A program made the position numbers and the translations under genes. The notes beneath the pieces are model-generated. The model saw only the letters and a program-made list of their open reading frames with translations. It made no database searches and had not been told where the DNA came from. DNA of 64,000 nucleotides from Isurus oxyrinchus (taxonomy: Eukaryota): contig JANJGN010000001.1 in assembly GCA_026770705.1 (NCBI GenBank), forward strand, positions 137,020,001 through 137,084,000, given 5' to 3'. Positions 1 to 11,654 of the stretch are shown piece by piece. How positions within the stretch are numbered: the stretch's first letter is position 1; every line of letters begins with the position of its first letter.

Positions 1-2936
1 CAAGCTACGTCTTGGTGCTTGTTGGAAAGTTCTGGCGATGAGGCATTCTGCCAAATGACTTTGTCAGTCTGCTCAGGGAACCATCCCACAGGATCCACCC
101 TCTCCTTTTCCCTCAGGGCCTTTAAGACGTTACGTGCCGACTGGTCAAAGGTGTTTCTCTGCATAAATTTTCCCACGAGGGACAGGTGGTACGGCATGGT
201 CCAACTACTTGGAGCGTTCCGCGGCATCGTGGCCAGACCCATCCTTCGTAACACCGGTGACAGGTAGAACCTCAGCACGTAGTGACACTTGGTGTTTGCA
301 TACTGAGGGTTTACGCACCGCTTGATGCAACCGCACACAAAGGTGGCCATCAGTATGAGGGCGATGTTGGGCATGTTTTTTCCCCCTTTATCTAGAGGCT
401 TGTACATCGTGTCCCTGCAGACACGATCCATTTTCGACCTCCAGATAAAGCGGAAGATGGCTCGGGTGATCGCCACCACACAGGAGTATGGAATGGGCCA
501 GACCTGTGCCACGTACAGCAACAGCGAGAGTGCCTCACACCTGATGACCAGGTTCTTACAGGCAATGGAGAGGGAGCGTCGCTCTCACATGCCCAGTTTC
601 CTTTTCACCATAGACACTCGCTCCTTCCAGTTTCTAACGCGTGCCCTGGTCCCTCCGAACCATATCCCCAGCACCTTCAGGCCATCAGCCCTGACAGTGA
701 AGGGGACAAAGGATCGGTCAGCCCAGTTCCCAAAGAACATGGCCTCGCTCTTCCCACGATTTACCTTGGCTCCCGAGGCCAGTTCGAACTGGTTGCAGAT
801 GTGGATCAGTCTGTGCACCGACAGCGGATCCGAGCAGAAGACGGCGACATTGTCCATGTACAGGGAGACTTTGACCTGAGTGCCTCCACTGCCTGGGATC
901 GTCACTCTTCTTATACCCGGATCCTTCCTGATGGACGCAGCAAAGGGTTCTATGCAACACACGAAAAGAACAGGCGAGAGAGGGCAGCCCTGCCTGACTC
1001 CAGATTTAATAGGAAAGCTATCTGATTCCCACTCATTGATTGAATCTGCATTACTGATGTTAGTGTAGAGCAGTTGAATCCAATTGCGAATTCCCTCCCC
1101 AAACCCCATTTTGGAGGGCACATCCACCATGTAGGTGTGCGATATTCTGTCAAAGGCCTTCTCCTGATCCAGGCTGATGAGGCAGGTATCCACACCCCTG
1201 TCCTGTACATAGGCAATCGTAACCCTGAGCAGCACGAGGCTGTCAGAGATCTTCCTGCCCGGCACAGTGCAGGTCTGGTCAGGGTGGGGATCACCAATTC
1301 CAGAGCGGATTTGACCCGATTGGCAATGACCTTGGACAGAATCTTATAGTCCACATTTAACAGTGAAATGGGTCGCCAATTTCTAATTTCCTCCCTTTCC
1401 CCCTTGTGCTTGTAGATGAGGGTGATGATGCCTTTCCTCATGGATTCTGACATACTGCCGGCCAGGAGCATACTCTCGTACACTTCTAGCAGGTCCGGGC
1501 CGATCCAGTCCCACAGAGCTGAATACAACTCCGCCGGCAAGCCGTCGCTTCCAGGAGTTTTACTCTTCTCGAAGGACTCAAGGGCCTCAGTCAGTTCGTC
1601 AGGAGTTAGCGCTTTGTCCAGACTCTCCCGTGTACTGTCGTCTAAGACCTCTGTGATAGAGGACAGGAAGGACTGGGAGGCCGTGCTGTCTGTGGGCTTC
1701 ACGTCATACAATCCGGCATAAAAGGATTTGCTGATCCTCAAAATGTCGGACTGCGATGACTTTACTGAGCTGTCTTCTTCCTTCAGGCTGCTGATCACAG
1801 AGCTCTCTCTGTGTACCTTTTGGAAGAAGAAACGTGAGCACGTCTCATCCTGCTCCACGGAGCGGACTCTGGAACGGAAGATGATCTTGGAGGCCTCCGA
1901 GGCAAAGAGTGAGGCTTGCTGGCTCTTCACCTCTTGGAGTTCCTCCTTGATATCAACCCCCATCGACCGCAGCCAGAGCAGATTCTGCATGTTTTTCTGG
2001 AGTCGGGACATTTCCCTCTGTTCCTTTCTAGCTTTCTGGGTGCCTTTGAGGACAAAAAACCTCTTGACGTTTCCCTTGATCGCTTCCCACCAGTGTGTCA
2101 AGGACTCAAAGAGGGGTTTCATGGTTCTCCAACCTTTGTAATCCCTCTTGAGCTCCTCAATATTCTCTGGGGTCAGCAGTTGCATGTTTAGCTTCCATAC
2201 CCCCCTGCTAACCCTCTGGTCCTTCTCTAAGTGGCAGTCAGCCAGTAGGAGGCAGTGGTCAGAGAAGAACACCGGCTTGACGTCGGTGGATCTGACTGCA
2301 AATAGGCGGACACAAACAGGAAGTGTATCCTGGAACAGACGGACCCATCAGGCCGCGACCAGGTGTATCTATGCTGCGCTCCATCTGCAGGTTGCTGAAG
2401 ACGTCGTGCAGCTTGGCATCCTTTACTGTTTCCATCAGGGATCTGGACGTAGCGTCCAATCTGCTGTCGGCCCTGCCGGATCGTCCAGCCGCATCGATGA
2501 TGCAGTTGAAGTCACCGCCCAGAATGACCGGCCTGGAGGTTGCCAGCAGCTGTGGGAGCTGCTGAAAAACCTCCAGCCGCTCAGCCCCTTGTGACGGGGC
2601 GTAGACGTTAATTAACCGGAGTGGAGCATTCTTGTACATTAAGTCTGCTACGAGGAGGCACCCGCCCACCACCTCCTTAACCTGGGAGACGGTGAAGTTG
2701 CCTCCCCGCAGCAGAATACCCAGGCCAGAGGAACGAGAGTCGTTTCCTCCCGACCTGATCGATGGCCCATGGGACCACCATCGTGACCATTGCCTGTAGG
2801 AGCTGAGGTGCAGTATCACACACTCCTGCAGAAACAACAGGTCAGCTTTGACCTTGGCAAGGTAGTCCAAGGTCGCAACACATCGCGTAGTAGATTTAAT
2901 GCTACGCACATTTATGGATACAATCTTTACACCCAT
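1..2936 (-). pseudogene. Tx1 ORF2 endonuclease-reverse transcriptase, split by frameshifts
   Basis: EN motifs SINVRS, LQE, INVYAP, GGDFN, SDH (ORFs 2259-2936, 950-2272). RT motifs PGSDGLPAELY, NWRPISLLNVDYKI, LDQEKAFDRI, GVRQGCPLSP. The catalytic YxDD reads YMDN. Confidence 0.9.
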
Positions 2937-2946
2937 TTTAAAGCAG

Positions 2947-4492
2947 TTAGTCGCTTACCAAAGCTGTTGTCTCTGAGAGTTCCTTCATGCCCGTGGTGTG
3001 CTCAAATTGCTTCACTTGGGATGGGCTGAGGAAAGCGTCCTGAACCTCCCCATTGGCGGTGTTCTGCTCGGGTGGCATCTGGGGGTCCGTGCAGAGAGCG
3101 GGGTTTGAAATGTCCTCTGTTGGAGAAGCTTCTCCAATCCTCTCCCGCTCTGGGTCGTTGCTGCTCCCAGCTTCCCGGAGCTGGGGTGCGTTGAGCGCCT
3201 CACTGTTCCCAGATTCCTGGGGTTGTGGTACACTGGCCTCGTCGGGTTGTGGGCCAAGTTGGGGTGCGCTGGTCTCCTCATTGTCTCCAATGTTCTGGAG
3301 CTCGGGTGTCTCGTCCTCCAACTCCCTAGCGTTTTGCCGCTTCTTCTGTTGGCGCCGCCCTGGCACTTCTTCGTCCGAAGAGCTGCTGCTCTTGTTATCC
3401 GTGTCGGATAGGAGACGCCTCTTGACTCTTGTCTGGGAAGTGGCTTGGTTTCTTTTTAGCCCCTTCTTCCTTTTGGCTCTCTTCACCAGCTGCCACTTCC
3501 CCTGCTGCTTTCCCACTGCTGCCTCCTCCTCCTCCGTTGATTCGCTCTCCTGAGGAGTGGGAGGTTCAGGGGGCAGTGCTGTTGATTGGCTGTCTGCTGC
3601 CTCAATTTTTTCCTCCACCTTGTCTCTCTGTGTGTCCTCCTTTGTCCTGTTGTTCTCCCTGGGGTCCTTGGTAGTCGGAGTGACACGAGGCATTTCTTCT
3701 GCTTCCCCCTCGTTGGCTTTGGCTGCCTGTGTATAAGTACGGCAACGTTTGGGGCAGGTCTTGTAGAGGTGACTTGCCTCGCCACACAGGTTGCAGCACT
3801 TAGCCTGTTTACAGCCTTTTGTCTGGTGCCCTTCCTTTTTGCAGTTCTTGCGGAGGACAGCGCTGCAATTGGCCGCCACATGACCAGACTTGCCGCATGA
3901 GCGACAAAGTTTGGGTTGCCCAGCGTAGACAAGGTAGCCACGGCTTCCCCCGATAGCGAATCTGGAAGGGGGGTGGGAAACAGCTCCCTTACCGTCGGTC
4001 TTGAGCGTTACCTTAACCTGGCGGTTACATGTCCAGATCCCCAAATTATCTTTAACTTCAGTGCAGCTCCCAACCTTATCGAAGTACCTGGTAAGGAAGG
4101 TGAGCACGTCAGCGACAGGGACGTAGGGATTGTACAGATGCACCGTCGCAACCCGTTCACGGTGCAACGGTAGGGCAAAGAGTGGCTCCGCCGCCAGGAT
4201 CTTCATTTCTGGCAGGTCTTTCTTTTCCTCAAACACCTTCAGGAGTTTGACGCAAGCTGCCACGTGCTTGAAGGTCACATCAAAGAAACCAGCGCTGGGT
4301 GGTGGTGGTGGGGGGGGGGGGTGTGAAATCCTGTAGGCAGTAGATCTCCGCAGCCTCGAAACCACACAGCTTGAGTAGGATCCTCTTAGTGAAGAAGGTC
4401 CGAACCATTCCTGTTCCTTGCTCGCTGCCCTTCACCATGACTCGGATGGTGTTAGGTACCCCGTGGTGAGGGGTTTGACGGGTTATAGCCAT
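2947..4492 (-). pseudogene. Tx1 ORF1 (ZCCHC3-like CCHC zinc-knuckle protein), frameshifted
   Basis: ATG at 4492 (MAITRQTPHHGVPNTIRV...EIYCLQDF). The frame shifts in a (GGT)n/G-run at ~4297-4324 and continues SAGFFDVTF. Knuckles: CRSCGKSGHVAANC, (R)KNCKKEGHQTKGC, CNLCGEASHLYKTC. Confidence 0.85.
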
Positions 4493-4519
4493 TGCTCTTT
4501 CCCTGGCAGAAACCACTAG

Positions 4520-4733
4520 CTTGCTACCATTAATGTCACCTGTTAGCACATTCCTGAGCTAATATCACCACCTTCAACACCTCTTTGTCCTTTTGTCTGT
4601 GATAATCTTTTAAATGAAAACCAAATCAACAAAATCGGGATAAATCAGGCACAGCCCCTAATTCAGGTCAGCTGTAAAACCTTTTGTCTGTGATGCTGCC
4701 AAACCTGCTGAGTTTGTCCAGGTATTTTCATTT
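4520..4733 (+). mobile_element. Degraded Penelope-like element 3' remnant
   Basis: ttagcacattcc...atcaccaccttcaacacctct...ttttgtctgtga and gatgctgccaaacctgctgagtttgtccagg match the Penelope tail at 23008-23320. Confidence 0.65.
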
Positions 4734-4889
4734 GGGTCTCTCTCTCTTCTCTCTCTCTCTCCTCACCCCCAGGTGCTCACAGACCCCAGTGCTAATTGGC
4801 TGCACCTGGCATGGGCGCCGCCCACAACCAGCCCATGATTGGCTCGGTCCCCCACCTCCTTTTAAGAGCCAAGCCATGAATGGTTCGGA

Positions 4890-5400
4890 TGGACTGTCAG
4901 TCGCCGGCTGGTTGGGCGGATCTTGCCATTGTCCCGCCCACCACCACCCCCCCCCCCCCCCCGGCTCCCTGGAAAGGAACGGTGATTGGTTTAAATGACT
5001 GTCAGTCGCCGGCTGGTTGGGCGGATCTTGCCATTCTCCCCCCCCCCCCCCACCCCCCACCCCCGCTCCCTGGAACGGAGATTGGTTTAAATGACTGTCA
5101 GTCACCGGCTGGTTGGGCGGATCTTGCCATTCTCCCGCCCCCCACCCCCCACCCCCGCTCCCTGGAACGGAGATTGGTTTAAATGACTGTCAGTCACCGG
5201 CTGGTTGGGCGGATCTTGCCATTCTCCCGCCCCCCCCCCCCTCCCTGGAACGGAACGGCGATTGGTTTAAATAACTGTCAGTCACCGGCTGGTTGGGCGG
5301 ATCTTGCCATTCTCCCGCCCCCCCCCCCCCCCCCCCCCCCGCTCCCTGGAACGGAACGGTGATTGGTTTAAATGACTGTCAGTCAGTGGCGGATTGGCAG
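4890..5400. repeat. Tandem minisatellite, ~88-101 bp unit, ~5 copies, containing CCAAT, TGACAG and GC-box motifs
   Basis: GATTGGTTTAAATRACTGTCAGTC recurs at 4984, 5080, 5172, 5260 and 5361. Each unit also has GGGCGG and a variable poly-C run. Confidence 0.9.
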
Positions 5401-5409
5401 GATTCTTGA

Positions 5410-5543
5410 TAAAAATCAAAACGGGATGCTGGAAATCTGAAATAAAAACAAAACCAGCTGGAAAAACTCAGCAGGTCTGACGGCCTCTGCGGAGAGGGCG
5501 ACAGTTAACGTTTCGAGTCTGTAATAGCTCTTGATCAGAACTG
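5410..5543 (-). mobile_element. Short Penelope terminal remnant with hammerhead-like motif in the PKD2 promoter
   Basis: gatgctggaaatctgaaataaaaac...gaaaaactcagcaggtctg. The minus strand reads CAGTT-CTGATCA-A-GAGCTATTACAGACTC-GAAA-CGTT-AACTG. Confidence 0.75.
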
Positions 5544-5544
5544 A

Positions 5545-5877
5545 CGTGGCAGCCTTGATCCCGCCCACCTCCCCACAGCCGGGTCCTGATTGGTTCAGGT
5601 GGCTGTCAGTTACGGGCTGGGCCTGCAGTGGGGCCGTGGCCTGGATTTAACGGGGGTCCCCAGTTTGTTGTGTTTTTTTTTTAACTTGCCCGGGAATGTG
5701 AGGGCGGCCTCCGCCCCGCGGTCTGTCCGTGTGGGGATGGCGGGCGTGGACTGGGAGCCTCTGTGAACGGAAAAGGCGGGCGGTCGAGAGAGAGAGAGAG
5801 AGTGGGAGTAGGTGAAGCCTGCGGCCTGCTCGGTTGCCAAGGTGACGCGCGGCCTGGGGCGGTGGGGGGGCCTAACA
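5545..5877 (+). promoter_or_regulatory. PKD2 GC-rich proximal promoter / 5' UTR (CpG island continuing through exon 1)
   Basis: Dense CpG, GC boxes (CCCGCCC, GGGCGG), inverted CCAAT at ~5588 and a (GA)n run directly before the PKD2 ATG. The TSS cannot be determined. Confidence 0.65.
5833..5846 (+). promoter_or_regulatory. Putative RFX X-box
   Basis: GTTGCCAAGGTGAC resembles the X-box palindrome GTTGCCATGGCAAC and ends 31 nt before the ATG of a ciliary gene. Confidence 0.6.
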
Positions 5878-6304
5878 ATGAGCTCCCGGGTGCGGCCTCA
5901 GCAGCAGCAGCAACAGCCGGGCCGGTTCACTCCGGCCACCGGGCCCCGGGCCCAGGGAGCCGAGCAGCTGGAGATGAGGCGGATCCGGGCTCCAGGCCGC
6001 GGCGGCGGCGGCCCCGCTTCCTCCGCCTCAGCCGCCGCCGCCGCCTCCTCCCGCCAGGCCTGGAGCCGGGAGAACCCGGGGTACGAGGCCGGGGAGGAGG
6101 AGGAGGAGGAGGAGGAACTGGACATGGAGCTGGACTGGGCCGGGATCAGCCCCGGACGCCGCTCGGTCTCCAGCAGCGGGGCTGGGGGCGGCGGCGGCGC
6201 GGGCGGGGGGAGCCGGGCAAACCCCGGCCTGAGCCCCACTCCCAACCCGGAGAACCAGCAGCTGAGAGCCGGCCTTCCCCGCAGCGTCCTGCAGAAAATC
6301 CGAG
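5878..6304 (+). CDS. PKD2: Polycystin-2 exon 1
   Basis: MSSRVRP (RVxP ciliary motif)...SRQAWSRENPGYE...LQKIR; donor CGAG/gtgagt. Confidence 0.92.
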
Positions 6305-6344
6305 GTGAGTGTGAGAGCCGCACTGCGAAACACTGAAATAACAC

Positions 6345-7235
6345 AGACCCCCCCCCCCCCCCAGCACAGCCCCCAGCCCCCAACACAGCCCCAAACCCCC
6401 CCCAGCCCAGCCCCCAGCCCCACCCCCCCCCCCACAGCACAGCCCCCACAGCACAGCCCCCAGCCCCACCCCCCCCAGCACAGCCCCCAGCCCCACCCCC
6501 CCCCCCCCCACAGCACAGCCCCCAGCACAGCCCCCACAGCACAGCCCCCAGCCCCACCCCCCCCAGCACAGCCCCCAGCCCCACCCCCCCCCCCACAGCA
6601 CAGCCCCCAGCACAGCCCCCCCAGCACAGCCCCCAGCCCCACCCCCCTCCCAGCACAGCCCCCAGCCCCACCCCCCCCAGCACAGCCCACAGCCCCCAGC
6701 CCCACCCCCCCCCAGCACAGCCCCCAGCCCCCAGCACAGCCCCCAGCCCCACCCCCCCCAGCACAGCCCCCAGCCCCCAGCACAGCCCCCAGCCCCAGCC
6801 CCACACCCCCCCCCACAGCACAGCCCCCAGCCCCACCCCCCCCCACAGCACAGCCCCCAGCCCCACACCCCCCCCCACAGCACAGCCCCCAGCCCCCCAC
6901 CCCCACAGCACAGCCCCCCCCCACAGCACAGCCCCCAGCCCCAGCCCCCCACCCCCACAGCACAGCCCCCCCCCCCAGCACAGCCCCCAGCCCCCCACCC
7001 CCACAGCACAGCCCCCAGCCCCAGCCCCCCACCCCCACAGCACAGCCCCCAGCCCCCCACCCCCACAGCACAGCCCCCAGCCCCCCACCCCCACAGCACA
7101 GCCCCCCACCCCCACAGCACAGCCCCCAGCCCCCCACCCCCACAGCACAGCCCCCAGCCCCCCACCCCCACAGCACAGCCCCCAGACCCCCCCCCCCCCC
7201 CAGCACAGCCCCCAGCCCCAGCACAGCCCCCAGCC
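6345..7235. repeat. C-rich compound satellite (CCCCACAGCACAGCCCCCAG-type) at the start of PKD2 intron 1
   Basis: About 900 bp of CAGCA/CAGCC/Cn permutations, with almost no T on the + strand. Confidence 0.95.
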
Positions 7236-7371
7236 CGTCCCCAACAGTAATCCGGCCGGGAGGGGGGAAAGGTGTTTTCAATCAGGGTCTGGGATCCGCC
7301 TGAGAGGCAAACTCAATTCGACTCTTCAAGAGAGAACTGGGTGATTACTTCCCAGAATTGCAGAGGGACCG

Positions 7372-7835
7372 AGCATTTACACAGCGCCTTTCACAGTCTC
7401 CGGATGGGATTCCCCAAAGGCCTTCCCAGCTAATGAAGTGATTTTTTAAATTTGATGTCTAGTCGCTGTTGCAATGCAGGGATCGTGACAGACAATTTGT
7501 ATGCAGCAAGATCCTGCAAACTGATGTGATGACCCAGATAATCTATTTTTTTTTGTGTGTGTGAGAGATTGGTTGAAGGATAAATATTGGTCAGGACACT
7601 GGGAAGAACTCCCCTATCCTCCTCCCAAAATAGTGCTATGGGATTCTTTTTACATCCACCTGAAAGAGCCCACAGAGCCTTGGTTTAATGTCTCATCTGA
7701 AGGATGGTGACTTCGACAGAGCAGCACTCCCTCAGTATTGCACTTGAATTGTGTACTCAAGTGTCTGAAATGGGACTAAAACCTGCAACTCTCTGACTTG
7801 GGTGAGAGTTCTACCAGCTGAGCTATGACTGACAG
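7372..7835 (-). mobile_element. tRNA-derived SINE, Deu-domain-like (related copies ~9380-9530, 13765-13970, 30360-30455, 55350-55670, 57245-57610, 58840-58978, 62520-62720)
   Basis: Recurrent blocks gcatttatatagcgcctttca / ccaatgaagt...tgtagtcactgttg / cagcaagatcccacaaac. The family name is from recall. Confidence 0.6.
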
Positions 7836-7985
7836 ATTAATCGGATAGCCCATTCAAAGAGCTAGCACAGACATGGGCTGAATGGCCTTCTGTGCAGCAT
7901 GTTTCTATGATTGACATTCTCCAGCCCTTTCCTAGCTGGTCTCCCACCTTCCATTAAATTTCAGCTCATCCAAAACTTTGCTGCC

Positions 7986-8737
7986 TTTCATGAAGCTGTT
8001 AGTGTGTATAATATTATTGGAAAATATTTTTCTTTTAAAATAGAGGCTTAGTCTGTGGGTGTGTCTTAATTGGATGAAAGCCAGCTAGTCTGGGTGCTTT
8101 GATGTGCACTAGTTTTGCGATGTAAGAGAGGTAGAGTGTATTTGCATTTTTTGAATAGAGTATTCAAGAAGGCGAGTGAAATCTGGCACCTAGCTAGCAG
8201 AGACCAAGCAATATTTTTATATTACTAATAAAATTGGTACTATGATAGGGGTTTTATTGTTAGAAGAGGCAGGTGATACAATGAAAATTTACATTCAATG
8301 AGCTGTGCTAGGTATAAGGATAGTGGTTTGTGTGCGTAGGGCAGAGGCAATGTATGATCAAAGCAGCTGTAAGCCTCCAACTATCTCCACAGGAACCAAA
8401 GTGAAAGGAACCTCATTTTTAATTTATAAGGTGAAAATGCTTTGCCTTTTGTGTGGTTAGGTCTATGGGCTACTGTTGCCTTATAGGAGATTGGTTTGGG
8501 AATTTGTTAAAAGTTATGATAGTAGTAATTAGTAGCTATGTGTATGTATTTAACTTGTGTAAGTTAATATGTTTCATTTAGTTTCATTTAAAACCTCTCA
8601 AGAACTGGTGGTCTGATTCCTGAATTTAGAGTTCCATCTCAAACATACCACTTAAAAATATAGGTTATGACAGTTGTTTAATGTTTCCCTCTGGGATTTT
8701 TAATAACTCAGCTTTACCAAAAGGCTGTCTTATGACA
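7986..8737. mobile_element. Possible solo LTR
   Basis: Imperfect inverted ends (tttcatgaag...cttatgaca) with flanks ctgcc/atgcc; interrupts an older LINE-like fragment. Confidence 0.35.
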
Positions 8738-11654
8738 ATGCCCACCTCCACCCTGTCTGCTTTGGGCATTGGCTAAAGCGTTCATCAATGTCTTTGGTAC
8801 TTGATTATTCTAATACCCTGCAGCCCTCCCAAACTCCATAAACTTCAGCTCATTCGAAATTCTGCAGCCCTTTTCCTAACTGAAACCAAATTCCGCTCTC
8901 AGTCACCCACTGTGCTGGCTGACCTACATTGGCTCCTGAACTAAAAACTCCTTGGTTTTTAATCTTCTCATCTTTGAATTCAAGTCTACCCACGCCGCTA
9001 ACCCAAGGCAACCCTCCGATATCTCTGTGCTCCTTCAATTCTAGCCTCTTGTGCATTCCTTCAGTCCGCCCTTGTTGGTTTGCCTTCGGCTGTCCTTTTT
9101 CCTTCCCTAACCCTCTCCACCTCTATCATCTCCTCTGAGATCCTCCATTGAAACCTGCAGCTTTGATAAAGTTTTTGGTCACCTGCCTTAATATCACCAA
9201 AAGTGGCTCAGTCTCTGATTTATATCTGATAATCCTCCGATAAAGCCCCTTGAGCAATGTTACTGTGCTGTAGGTGCTATATAAATACAAGTTATTGACA
9301 TGCATAAAGTTCATCAGCATCTGTAATAAGAGATGTTTGAGTTTTCAGCTATACTCCTTATTAAATGAAGCATAGAAATACTTGTATTTGTATAGTGCCT
9401 TTCATGACCACTGGACATCTCAAAATGCTTTGGAGCTTTGGTTTATTGTCTCATCACTTCTTCAGCCCTTCACTGGAGTGTCAGTCTGGATTTTTGTGTT
9501 GGAGTCTTGGAGTGGGGTTTGAACTCAGAAACAACTCTTTGAGCATTTACTTCATGTGCTAACTATCCACTTTGCACATACAACAGTGACTGATGGTAAA
9601 AGAACCCCTGGTCCTGGTCCAACCAGTTTGTCGCACATAACTGTGAAGACATGTTCATCATAATATAGACGTGGCTTTCAGTTGGCGTGCCAAGTATAAG
9701 TTCTCAAGTGAGGTAGAAAAACTAATAGCCCAGGCCGATTATGGAACAGTCCCTTTAGGCGATGGAAGCTATTCCAGGTAACCACTCTGGCCCTGATTAA
9801 CAGTAGCAAGGTACCTGCCTTTTATACAAAGTGTTCCTCATGCCAGCAAGAAACAGCTCCAGCTCTCATCAATGTCCACTTCTGGGAGGAAGACCACCTC
9901 CTAAAACTTAATCTCGTTCTCGCCTTGTTTAAGTTGATTTAGTTGAAACAAACTCTACACAAACACAATCTGTACCCTTCATTTTATAAACATAATTCAA
10001 ATCTCCTTTCGTCCACATTTCCCTGAAGTGCAGAACCCCAGATCTTTGAGTCTGTCTTGGCAGATGCTGAGGGACCCACTGTTTGTTTTCAGCTCCTCCC
10101 ATTAAGTGAATTAGGCACAGATAAGGTTAGAAAGTGTTATATTAATGGGTCAACTTTGCCCTTGTATTTCCCCAAAGCAGATTGAAATTTCAGAAACAGC
10201 GTGGTTTAATTTGGGAGATTTCAGGATCTTTCTGGATGGATGAAATAAGTTGGCTGATCTGTAAATATCTTGTGATCAATCCTCTGTTCTCAAGATGTCC
10301 GCAAGCAGTGTGCTGAGACTTTCCAGATGGGATACAATCCTCTGGCTATTATGTTTAGTGACAACATAAATACATTAAAATGGGTTTATAATTCCTCTGC
10401 ACCTAAAACTTGGTGGAAATCTCTCCTGGTGTCATTGGGAATTATGACAGTCTGCTTTATAACAGAGCGCCTGAATCAAACTGTCCATGTCATGCAGACT
10501 GTGAGTTAGAATGGATGTTAGAATGGAACTGAAAGGCAGAATTACCACACTTTGAATTCATGGCCCTCCTTTGGTAGCTATCCACATGTGCTTCCTCCAT
10601 GCTGATACTGAAATGGAAATGAGAATGAGTTGAAGGGACCATTGACAGGGGAAGCTGACAGCATATTAGCAATGTGGGAGGCAAGGCTACGCCTGAAGGC
10701 TTGTTTTCACTTAGTGCATTGGATTGAGTGTACATTAAATATCTAATGATAATGCTAAGAATGAGAAATCCATACTCATTTGGGACAAAAGGAAAGCCTG
10801 AACTGGGGGGCTGATTTTTTGATCATTTATCCTGAAGCCATCACTTTGACCAAGTCTTACGCAATTGCTGATGAATAGGAAAAGCTTGAAAAATAGTCTG
10901 CATCTTTCATTCTCCACCCCCCACCCCCACAACAAAATTCTCAAATAAATTGGCGTGATTAGTGCTGTATTGCAGTGACAGTAAAAGGATTCCAACAGCC
11001 TTGAGTGCTGGACAAGCCTCTTATACACGGGGATTACTTGGTAATCTTTTGGCTTTCATGCATTACTGGACATCTTTTATTAAAAGTTTCTTTTAAAAGA
11101 AACCATTGCTCATCCAAATTATTCTTATGCATTAGATGGATCAATTTCAGGTCTGGCCTTTTTTAAGCTTTTTAGCTGGTATTAGGCCATGGAAGGAATC
11201 AGACATAACCAAACTCAGACCCAGGAAGGAGGAGGATGCTGGGAAATGCAGCCAATTCTGGCACCAGCATTGCAGAATAAACAGTTCTTGTTACTCTACC
11301 CAACAATGCATCTCAACCGTAGCATCAGTGGAATGCACATTAGGTCATTGTGGCCTTTCTTCATTTCATATCCAGTTATTGGTGTGGCCTCAAGTTGCTG
11401 AGTTAGTCTATTTTTATGCGGTAGCCCCATGATCATTAGGGAGTTGAGTAGAGAGCACTTGACCTCATGTTACACACAGCCATTGTAGGCAATAAACAGA
11501 AGAGCCTGAATTTGTACCAAGAATTTGTGTAATAATGAAGGTAATTTTAACTGTTGGTGATGGTGTAAAATGGTTGATATTGGGTCAGTCGTTTGTTATA
11601 AGCCACAGAGCACTTTCCTTGGCATTGAAGTCAATAGTTACTCCAAACTATAGA

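Larger units (their letters stand above)
1..4519 (-). mobile_element. Tx1-clade (L1-like) non-LTR retrotransposon, near full length, inactivated; 3' end outside the window
   Basis: Gag-like zinc-knuckle ORF1, then after a 10-nt spacer an ORF2 with APE endonuclease and RT. Several frameshifts. 5' end abuts a Penelope remnant at ~4520. Confidence 0.9.

Noticed and set aside
19-4336. Plus-strand ORFs over the Tx1 element
   Set aside because: Antisense shadows of the retrotransposon ORFs with no recognisable motifs.
4890-5400. Repeat-spacer-like array upstream of PKD2 as CRISPR
   Set aside because: The variable parts are only poly-C length variants of the same unit.
5812-5877. 22-codon in-frame N-terminal extension of PKD2 from a GTG
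   Set aside because: ATG 5878 has a purine at -3 and gives MSSRVRP, matching the known PKD2 start; nothing supports the non-AUG extension.
5898-7303. Long Gly/Pro-rich ORFs (332-448 aa) on both strands
   Set aside because: By-products of the stop-free C-rich satellite in intron 1; low-complexity translations in several frames at once.
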